From an uncultured Candidatus Saccharibacteria bacterium (GTDB lineage Bacteria; Patescibacteriota; Minisyncoccia; Phycocordibacterales; UBA9973), in assembly GCA_964645245.1 (NCBI GenBank), contig CAZYBS010000001.1, forward strand, positions 526 to 64,525: DNA of 64,000 nucleotides, read 5' to 3'. A program made the translations under genes and the position numbers. The first letter of the stretch is position 1. Each line of letters opens with the position of its first letter. Positions 56,791 through 64,000 of the stretch are shown in pieces. The notes under the pieces were generated by a model. That model searched no databases and was not told where the DNA came from. It was given only the letters and a program-made list of their open reading frames with translations.

Positions 56791-56951
56791 ATTGTAAAAA
56801 GTATAGCATATTTGTTTACTGTTCAATAAAATGTATTTTGGAATCAAAAAACCACCGAGAGAGCAGAGTCTTCCCGATGGTCGCGACTGACGATATATTT
56901 TGACTTTGGCGGGCGGGGTGTCAGCAAACCCCCGCCCGAGTGCGACCGAGG

Positions 56952-57389
56952 CTATTTGACCGTTACAACCGCCGACACCTTGTGGTCCGGATCTAACGGA
57001 TGCCAGACTGTCACGATTGCAGTTCCAGGACCCACCGAGAACAATACAATCGTTTGATGGATTTGGTCCTGTCTACCAGACGAAAACGTGTCGACCGGCA
57101 TTGTGGATGTCGCCACAACGCTCGTGTTGTCGCTGGAAACTCTCAAGGAGTCGCCACCGATGTCGCCGCCATCTTGTCTGATTGCTGTCAGGCCGATGAA
57201 CCATCGCGCGCCGGCGAGGTTGTTGAGCTCCATATTGATGCTTGGAGGGAGTCCCGTCACGTCCACCCTCACGACCTTGGTAGCGGTCGGTGTCGGGCCG
57301 GTGGTGGGGCCGTCGCCGCAGGCGACAGTGGCGACGACGAGCGAGGCGAGAGCGATGAGCACGACGACGAGACAAGCCATCCTTTTCAT
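56952..57389 (-). CDS. Putative lipoprotein with Ig-like domain (GC-rich insert)
   Basis: GGAG RBS, MKRMACL..VATVAC lipobox, SSDNTSVV..GTAIVTV Big_2-like pattern. Confidence 0.65.
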   Translation of the reverse strand: MKRMACLVVVLIALASLVVATVACGDGPTTGPTPTATKVVRVDVTGLPPSINMELNNLAGARWFIGLTAIRQDGGDIGGDSLRVSSDNTSVVATSTMPVDTFSSGRQDQIHQTIVLFSVGPGTAIVTVWHPLDPDHKVSAVVTVK

Positions 57390-57470
57390 GGTTGAACTCC
57401 GATAAGTGTGTGATTGTGAGCGCGCAATGACCACCGTGGTCGAATCACGCGGGACGAGATGTCTTTTCGC

Positions 57471-57499
57471 AGTATACACCTTTTGACACATTTTGTCAA
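57471..57499 (-). promoter_or_regulatory. Sigma70-type promoter TTGACA-17-TATACT with an overlapping inverted repeat
   Basis: tgtcaa 57494-57499, agtata 57471-57476; TTGACA-N5-TGTCAA palindrome at 57483-57499. Confidence 0.7.
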
Positions 57500-57539
57500 G
57501 CCAAAAAACCCGCCTATATTTAAGCTCTTTAGAGAAGCT

Positions 57540-58910
57540 TTATTCTGTTTCTTTCCAGCTGTCTATCTCGTACCCACCCGAAGGACCGGAAGAGAAATTA
57601 GTATTGGCCAATCCGGATTCGTAGGTCACTATAGCGTTATTGGTAATAAGTAAAAGATAAGCCGTTACCTCTTTCAAGGCCGCTGAATTATTAACTTCAA
57701 TTTTACCTTCACCGGCGTATAAAATAGCGGCACCGGCACCATTGCTCATCCTAATCGCGTCGGAAGCAACTCCTTCTTTCTGAGAAAGCAACATGATGTA
57801 GCTACCGCTTGTGCCTGAACCCAAGAGTTGAGCGCTGTTAGAAATTTCTATATAACCATTATTGGAATCCTCATCAATACCGGCCAGAACCATCCCGCTA
57901 TTGCCTCCAAATGACGGAGACAAGCGTAGGATAGAGCTGTTGCTGAGCCTTATCTCCCCCGTAACCCAAAGCGTACCGGTGACTGTTAACTCTGCTGTAT
58001 TGCTTAAAAGCAAATCGCCATTAATTTTTTTGGGACCTAAATTTCTTGTGCCACTGCTATAATTTTGAGTTCCGACAACGCCGCCGGCTACGGCTTCGGC
58101 TTCCCAGAGATCAATTTGGGCTTCCGAGATTGGCAGAGGCAAAATATCCGCGGGAACGAAAACGTCTGGATTGGGAGTGGTAATGGCTCCGGTCACAGTG
58201 CAACTTGCTCTGGTATCATATTTAGCTGTACCCCCAATCGTGCAGTTGGAAATGGAGTCAGCCACGACATTGCCGGTGACGGTCGTATTTTGTAATACTG
58301 AATGCTTAGCATTTCCTCCTACGGTAGAATTGCCCCGTATAGTAAATGAATCCGAATTACCTGTTATGTCCACACCATCAATAATGCCGGTTGGTCCGGA
58401 AGCAATCGCTGCGCCTTGGATTCTGGCTGAATTGGTGCCGATTATATTTCCGCCTGAATAAGCATTGCCGATTATTTTGGAGCTATTAGTCATTTCTAGT
58501 CCGCCTTGTCCTACTTGCACGCCATAATTAAAAGAAGCGCCAACACCGGTCTTAAGCTTAATATTCGTTTTTCGCTGATAACTTGAAACATCACCCAGAG
58601 AAGTTATACCTTTCTGCCCCAAGTTATCGGTAATGGTGGTCGTAACGGAATTAGAGTCCAGAGTCAAATTTTCACTTCCCCCGATCGTTATACCATTTAT
58701 TATCCGATACAATGCATCCTCGCTTCCCGACTCAGCCAGAAAATATGATTTTTTTGAATTCAGGTTCACCTGGGCGTTTTTAAACTCACGCACTGAGGAC
58801 GATACCAGCCCGGAAATTATTGCCAAAGAAATAAAAATAAAAAAGACAACTGATATCAGCATCGCTGCGCCAGATTGATGATTAACTTTTCTTTTTATTT
58901 TCTGTTTCAT
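57540..58910 (-). CDS. PilX-like minor pilin with beta-helix C-terminus
   Basis: QSGAAMLISVV class III-like signal; SYFLAESG.EDA; C-terminal SWKE. Confidence 0.8.
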   Translation of the reverse strand: MKQKIKRKVNHQSGAAMLISVVFFIFISLAIISGLVSSSVREFKNAQVNLNSKKSYFLAESGSEDALYRIINGITIGGSENLTLDSNSVTTTITDNLGQKGITSLGDVSSYQRKTNIKLKTGVGASFNYGVQVGQGGLEMTNSSKIIGNAYSGGNIIGTNSARIQGAAIASGPTGIIDGVDITGNSDSFTIRGNSTVGGNAKHSVLQNTTVTGNVVADSISNCTIGGTAKYDTRASCTVTGAITTPNPDVFVPADILPLPISEAQIDLWEAEAVAGGVVGTQNYSSGTRNLGPKKINGDLLLSNTAELTVTGTLWVTGEIRLSNSSILRLSPSFGGNSGMVLAGIDEDSNNGYIEISNSAQLLGSGTSGSYIMLLSQKEGVASDAIRMSNGAGAAILYAGEGKIEVNNSAALKEVTAYLLLITNNAIVTYESGLANTNFSSGPSGGYEIDSWKETE

Positions 58911-58911
58911 T

Positions 58912-59421
58912 TTAATAGCTTCCTCTTAGAACAATCGTGTCGTAAAAATCTTGTGTGCGACCTAATGCATCATTGACAGATTTGACAGTTAGTAATATTT
59001 TCACGGCTTTGCCTTTCACCGTGGTTATTTGCGTAAAGGTAAGACCAGTTACCACTATATTCGGCGTATTTAAATTACCGGTAAGAATATTATTCTCTAA
59101 AAGTTGCAGATTAGAACCAGAAAGTAAAAATTCGACTGTTTTTTCTGCGCCCAGATTGTCTTTAGTATTCAGCTTTAAATTACTTAGACTGATAGAATTT
59201 ATTCCGTAAGCCGGCCGAATCTCTCTAGATATTTTTTCCATGATGACTCCATTTTGCATCAACTCCATTTGTATCGCATTTTCTCTAAACGACCTAGCCA
59301 TTGTAATCATTGCATTAATCACTACCAAAGAAAGAACAGAAAAAAAGGCAATATAAAAAAGAAGCTCTAAAATGGCATAACCTCTTTTATAACTTTTAGT
59401 TTTCAATTTCATAATTTTCAT
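58912..59421 (-). CDS. Minor pilin (PilW-like)
   Basis: KRG/YAILELL prepilin motif, EKISREIR, C-terminal LR. Confidence 0.8.
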   Translation of the reverse strand: MKIMKLKTKSYKRGYAILELLFYIAFFSVLSLVVINAMITMARSFRENAIQMELMQNGVIMEKISREIRPAYGINSISLSNLKLNTKDNLGAEKTVEFLLSGSNLQLLENNILTGNLNTPNIVVTGLTFTQITTVKGKAVKILLTVKSVNDALGRTQDFYDTIVLRGSY

Positions 59422-59883
59422 TTAGGGAAAAATATTTATTATATAAAATGGCAAGGTTTTAGTAATGGTAATTCCGCCCTCCAGCCAGGATACAGTAACA
59501 GTGACTAATTTTGTTCCAGGGTCGTCCGTGCCAATGCTCCCGATATCTTTTGTAGTATTATCACGATTCACACTCGCTATGACGACTGTGCGCGTAAAAA
59601 TTCCCACCGTATTGGCGGTAGATGATAAAATCCAAGTACCGCCAGAAAATGCCGGATAATAATTTGTACCCGAGTTTAAAGAAGAAATATTACTCCAGGC
59701 ATTATCTCGAAGTATCCGAACTGCTTCGGCCCCTTCTTCCAGCAGGAATGCCACTTGGCTTGCATGAAAAGCCTGGCGAGAAACATAAACAGATTTTTGA
59801 GCAACCGCCATCGCGGCTAAAATTGAAACAGTAATAATAGAAGCTGCCACTAATATTTCTATTGTCATAAAACCTTTTTTCAT
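59422..59883 (-). CDS. Minor pilin (PilV-like)
   Basis: KKG/FMTIEILVA; LLEEGAEAVR; VTVTVSW. Confidence 0.82.
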   Translation of the reverse strand: MKKGFMTIEILVAASIITVSILAAMAVAQKSVYVSRQAFHASQVAFLLEEGAEAVRILRDNAWSNISSLNSGTNYYPAFSGGTWILSSTANTVGIFTRTVVIASVNRDNTTKDIGSIGTDDPGTKLVTVTVSWLEGGITITKTLPFYIINIFP

Positions 59884-59888
59884 TTGAT

Positions 59889-60356
59889 TTAATTCACGCT
59901 AGCAACACCCGTAGCAGAAATTGTAATAATTTTGGAATAAGAGGCAGTGGAAATCGTTATGGTACCAGTAGCACTGGGGGACCCCGAAAGACGATTAAAA
60001 TAAATATCGCCGGATGTCCCGCTGACACCGCCCAGTGTAACGTTTGCAATACTGGCGGGTGTTATGATATTTACTGTTTCGTTGTCCGTGGCCGACGCAG
60101 AAAAAACTTTGCCTTTAAAAATTATAATTTTGTCGGACTGAAAGTGCACTCCATACTCCGAAGAATTGAGAGAAGAAAGCGTCTTGCCACGCGCCTTGTT
60201 TATAGATGATAACGTATCTTGAACTCCGCTTTTCAGTACTTGGTTCTCTTTGATTTTTGAAAATTGCGGAAGGACAATCAAGATTATCAAGCCAATTGCC
60301 GCCGCCAGTACCAGCAGTTCTATAACGGTTATTCCTCTGTTGTAAAAGTTTTTCAT
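59889..60356 (-). CDS. Minor pilin (FimT/GspH-like)
   Basis: NRG/ITVIELLV; AR..T; IYF..LSG; I.ISATG. Confidence 0.82.
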   Translation of the reverse strand: MKNFYNRGITVIELLVLAAAIGLIILIVLPQFSKIKENQVLKSGVQDTLSSINKARGKTLSSLNSSEYGVHFQSDKIIIFKGKVFSASATDNETVNIITPASIANVTLGGVSGTSGDIYFNRLSGSPSATGTITISTASYSKIITISATGVASVN

Positions 60357-60365
60357 AATATTTTT

Positions 60366-60413
60366 AGTAGATAGCGCCTTAGGCCCTATCTAGGGCCTAA
60401 GGCGCTATCTACT
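60366..60413. repeat. Perfect 23-bp inverted repeat overlapping the pilC stop codon
   Basis: agtagatagcgccttaggcccta-tc-tagggcctaaggcgctatctact. Confidence 0.85.
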
Positions 60414-61626
60414 CTATGTTGCCTAAAATGGAATAAAGCGGTGAAATCATGGAAATAGCAAAGAACCCAACCCCGGAGCCGATGACAATCATTAAGAGGG
60501 GCTCAATAATGGTGGAAAGATTTTTAGTTTTATTTTCAACTTCTTCTTCATAAAATAAAGCGATTTGCAGCAACATATCTGACAATTTTCCGGTTTCTTC
60601 TCCGACCTGTATCATTTCCGACATCATTATTGGATAAAGATTATCGTTGTCTACAAAAGTCTGGGAAAACGGAGCCCCTTTTTCTACCGCGGCTCTAGCA
60701 TCCGCTAGGACTTTTTTGTAGTAAATATTTTGGACCACATCTTCCGTAATTTCAACCGCCCGGATGATGGAAACGCCGGAAGATAAAAGCGAAGACATGG
60801 TGCGGGCAGTGCGGGCGGTATTCAACTCTTTGGCCAAATTACCGATAAATGGAAGCCGGACGACCAGGAAATCAATATACTTCGCCATAAATCTAGCACC
60901 CAAAAGCCAGTAAAGGCCGAAGCCTACGCCGATTATAATCAGGAAGGTCAGTATTAAATTATTGGAGAAAAAGTTACCGATAAAAATAAGCAGGCGGGTG
61001 GAAGCCGGTAAAACAACGCCGAGCTCTTTGAAAGTGTTAGCCAAGGTCGGTACCACAAAAGCAAACATTAAAACACCAATCACCACCATCGCGGACAGAA
61101 TCACTCCCGGATAAATAAGCGCTCCGCGTATTTTCTTGGTCAAAGAATGCGATTTCTCTAAATTCATCCCGACATCAGAAAGCGCGCCGGCCAGGTTGCC
61201 GGACTCCTCGCCGGAGCGCGTCATTGACACAAAAAGTTTTGAAAAAATATTCGGGAATTTTGAAAGTCCCGAAGACAATGTCTCTCCGGAATTTATGTTA
61301 TTGGAAAGAGATGTTAAAATCTTGCCGAGTGCGGGATTTTTTGTCTGCTTTTTTAAAACTGATAACGCTCGAAAAAGCGACAGCCCGGCTCGCAGCATGC
61401 CGCTTAAATTTCTGGTTAAAATAATCTGCTCACTGACGCTGACTTTTGAAAACATGACGGCCAATACGGACATTCTGTCAAAAAAACTCTCATTCTGCTC
61501 TTGGATTGATACGGGAATATACCCGCGACCCCTCAAGTCGCGAGCCAGAGAAAGACGATCCAAGGCATCTAGCACCCCTTCTGAAATTTCTCCTGTTTTT
61601 GATCTTGCTCTGTAAGAAAATAGCAT
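60409..61626 (-). CDS. pilC: Type IV pilus inner-membrane platform protein (GspF/PilC)
   Basis: FSYRA...G, SGEESGNL, ALIYP, VGEETGKL, IEP..I; start ATG 61626. Confidence 0.93.
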   Translation of the reverse strand: MLFSYRARSKTGEISEGVLDALDRLSLARDLRGRGYIPVSIQEQNESFFDRMSVLAVMFSKVSVSEQIILTRNLSGMLRAGLSLFRALSVLKKQTKNPALGKILTSLSNNINSGETLSSGLSKFPNIFSKLFVSMTRSGEESGNLAGALSDVGMNLEKSHSLTKKIRGALIYPGVILSAMVVIGVLMFAFVVPTLANTFKELGVVLPASTRLLIFIGNFFSNNLILTFLIIIGVGFGLYWLLGARFMAKYIDFLVVRLPFIGNLAKELNTARTARTMSSLLSSGVSIIRAVEITEDVVQNIYYKKVLADARAAVEKGAPFSQTFVDNDNLYPIMMSEMIQVGEETGKLSDMLLQIALFYEEEVENKTKNLSTIIEPLLMIVIGSGVGFFAISMISPLYSILGNIE

Positions 61627-61711
61627 CTTTGTTTTTATGAAGGTATACAAATTTTTATAAATAAAATCCCTTGCATTATTTATAAAAATTTGTATACCTG
61701 AATTGAATAAA

Positions 61712-63475
61712 CTATTCGGAAACAACGCGGAATACCTCCTCCAGCGTGGTTATACCCAAGACCGCTTGATAAACTCCGTCTTCCAGCATCGTCATCATTC
61801 CCTCCTTTTTCGCTTGTGTTTCTATATCATCCTGCGAACTTCCTTTTATAATCATTTCTTTTATCGTAGGCGTAATCTTCAACACTTCATGCATGCCAAT
61901 ACGGCTTGAATAGCCATCTTCAAACTCACTAATTCTTACTGGTTTATAAAAAGGAATTTTATCCCAAGTATCATTCAGGCCGATGATGTTTTCCGTTTTT
62001 AATAAAGAGAGCATCCTGTCCAAATCAACAATCTTAGCCAGATTCTTCATTTCAACTTCCGACAAGAAGTATTTTTCTTTATTGGGAACAAGTTTGCGCA
62101 CCAATCTTTGCGCGATAATCGTTTTGACTGTGGCAGTTATCAAAAAGGGCTCAACACCCATATCGATCAGTCTCGGTATTGCGCCGGCGGCAGAATTGGT
62201 ATGAATGGTGGAGAGAACTAAATGGCCAGTCAGCGAAGCATTGACTGCCAGTCCGGCTGTCTCGCTGTCCCGAATCTCCCCGACCATTATTATATCCGGA
62301 TCCTGGCGCAGCAGTGAACGCAATCCATTAGCGAAAGACAATCCTATCTCCGGCTTTACCTGTGTTTGATTGACTCTGGGCATTTGGTATTCAATCGGGT
62401 CTTCCACGGTGGAAATATTGACCTCCGGCTTATTCAAAATATCAAGCATCGTATAGAGGGTGGTGGTTTTTCCACTGCCGGTGGGCCCCGTCGCCAGCAC
62501 CATTCCTGTTTTTTGCTTTAATGAAGCATATATTCTCTCCAGCCCTTCACCATGAAAACCAAGAGTTTCCAAGGAGAATCCGTGCGTATCTTCCTTTAAA
62601 ATTCTCATAACCGTTTTTTCCCCGAAGAAAGTCGGCAAGGTGGAGACACGAAAAGAAATTTTTTCTCCGTCCTGCTCTTTTTTGAATCGGCCGTCCTGGG
62701 GCAGTCTTTTTTCATCCAGTTTCAAATTTGCCAACACCTTGATGCGGGCGGTTATGCCGGCTCCGGCATTCTTGTCCAAGACCATGGCATCATGCAAGAT
62801 GCCATCTATCCGGTAGCGCACCGTCAGCTCTTTTTCCCCGGGTTCAATGTGAATATCGGATGCATTTTGCAAAATGGCGTGAATAATCAGAGAGTCAACT
62901 ATTTTTACCACCGGCAAATCCTCGGCCATTTGCTTCAGTTCCACTTCAGACTTTTCAGACATTTTCTCACCGTCTTCACTGGAGGCGGCTTCTAGCGCGG
63001 TAGATTCTTTTTGGATAATATCTTGAAACTCAGCTTTGAGGCTTTGCCGGTACTGCACCAGCACAGACTTGACTGAAGAAGTATCGGTCAGCCGAGGTAA
63101 AATTTTAAGCCCGGAACGCTTCTTGATAAAATCAATCACCGGCAGGTCATCAACATCCAGCATTGCCACTTCCAAGCTATTCTCACTTTTTTTGTAGGCA
63201 ACGATATTGTAATTGCGCGCAATCGGCTCCGGAATGAGAGAAAGCACGGAGAAATCAATTTTCTGATTAGTTAAACTGATAAATGGTATCCCCAGAACAA
63301 AAGCTTCCATCCGCTTTAAATCAGTTTCCGATATTTTCCCCTCGGAAAGCAGAATATTTCCAAACTTTTGTTTTTTTTCTTTAGCTTTTTTTACCGCAGA
63401 GTCAAAGTCCGGACGATTTATGAGCCCGGATTCTAAAATAAATTTCTTTAACTGTTCCTCATCGATTACCATCAA
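61712..63475 (-). CDS. pilB: Type IV pilus assembly ATPase (GspE/PilB)
   Basis: ASDIHIEP, RYRIDG, RLPQDGR, TGPTGSGKTTTLY, EDPIEY, LRQDPDIIMVGEIRD, TGHLVLSTIHTN. Confidence 0.95.
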   Translation of the reverse strand: MMVIDEEQLKKFILESGLINRPDFDSAVKKAKEKKQKFGNILLSEGKISETDLKRMEAFVLGIPFISLTNQKIDFSVLSLIPEPIARNYNIVAYKKSENSLEVAMLDVDDLPVIDFIKKRSGLKILPRLTDTSSVKSVLVQYRQSLKAEFQDIIQKESTALEAASSEDGEKMSEKSEVELKQMAEDLPVVKIVDSLIIHAILQNASDIHIEPGEKELTVRYRIDGILHDAMVLDKNAGAGITARIKVLANLKLDEKRLPQDGRFKKEQDGEKISFRVSTLPTFFGEKTVMRILKEDTHGFSLETLGFHGEGLERIYASLKQKTGMVLATGPTGSGKTTTLYTMLDILNKPEVNISTVEDPIEYQMPRVNQTQVKPEIGLSFANGLRSLLRQDPDIIMVGEIRDSETAGLAVNASLTGHLVLSTIHTNSAAGAIPRLIDMGVEPFLITATVKTIIAQRLVRKLVPNKEKYFLSEVEMKNLAKIVDLDRMLSLLKTENIIGLNDTWDKIPFYKPVRISEFEDGYSSRIGMHEVLKITPTIKEMIIKGSSQDDIETQAKKEGMMTMLEDGVYQAVLGITTLEEVFRVVSE

Positions 63476-63580
63476 CTATATTGTAGCAAAAAATATCATA
63501 ACCCCCTAAATCCCCCTTATCAGGGGGACACCTCTCCCCAACCCCTCTCCTTATTAAGGAGAGGGGCGAAGGGTGAGGCC

Positions 63581-64000
63581 TTAATCTTCTATAAAGAATG
63601 GTTTTTTCTTGACCGTCACGGTCGCTGCGCTGGTTGAAGCTGATACGCCATTGCAGGTTACGGTGTAAGTAGTCGAGGAAACTGGACTGACACTGATGCT
63701 GCCGGATGTAGCCCCGCCGGTATTAAAGTTTGTGCCAGTACAGGAAGTCGCGCTGGTTGAAGACCAACTAAGCGTTGTTGAGCCGCCGGTGTAGATTGTT
63801 GTCGGATTAACGCTAATGCTTGTGGTTGTACAAGCAGGCGTACTGCAAGATTGAGAAGATGAGCCAGAACAATTAGCTCCTCCGCCGGAAGGAGGCGGAT
63901 TGGTGCAAGTGCGGGTTTGGGTTCCGGTACTGCCGCAGGCCGTCACGCTGCAGCTGCTCCAAGCGCTCCAGCCGCCGTTGATAACAGGCGCAGGGGTCTG
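63581..64000 (-). CDS. 3' end of a secreted protein with a thrombospondin type-1 repeat and Ig/PKD-like domain (partial)
   Basis: Frame open from the edge: [41 protein letters not shown], then [21 protein letters not shown]. Confidence 0.8.
   Translation of the reverse strand, partial: QTPAPVINGGWSAWSSCSVTACGSTGTQTRTCTNPPPSGGGANCSGSSSQSCSTPACTTTSISVNPTTIYTGGSTTLSWSSTSATSCTGTNFNTGGATSGSISVSPVSSTTYTVTCNGVSASTSAATVTVKKKPFFIED

Noticed and set aside
1-64000. Alternative genetic code (UGA=Gly) as in Gracilibacteria/Absconditabacteria
   Set aside because: Long conserved genes are intact under code 11 and ftsK ends in TGA overlapping the next ATG.

Overview
A 64-kb chromosomal segment, mostly minus-strand and in genetic code 11. 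Gene content and style point to a Patescibacteria/CPR (Parcubacteria-like) bacterium; this assignment is inference. It carries housekeeping genes (purH, rplJL, ftsK, recA, efp, rpsF-ssb-rpsR, tatD, metG, glyQS, recO, ileS, argS, dut, tmk, glyA, sod, comEC, rnhA, recJ, pgk, tpiA), a ~15-kb cluster of very large secreted or surface proteins (three with peptidoglycan-binding modules), and a type IV pilus locus at the right end. The most striking feature is several families of tiny (about 20-90 nt) GC-rich palindromic elements. They occur between genes and also as clean, in-frame insertions without target-site duplication inside conserved proteins (PurH, EF-P, TatD, RecJ, PGK, RecA, FtsK, MetRS, IleRS, SOD, L7/L12), sometimes nested in one another. 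Other leads: a PaaX/Cas2-fold gene bracketed by two matching 38-bp symmetric sites, a ~290-nt candidate structured RNA, DnaA-box-like motifs at near-fixed distance from four -10 boxes, an IleRS with an inserted histidine-phosphatase domain and a C-terminal HD domain, and a thrombospondin-type-1 domain next to the pilus genes. No rRNA, tRNA, CRISPR array or transposase was recognised. All calls are by eye, without database searches.
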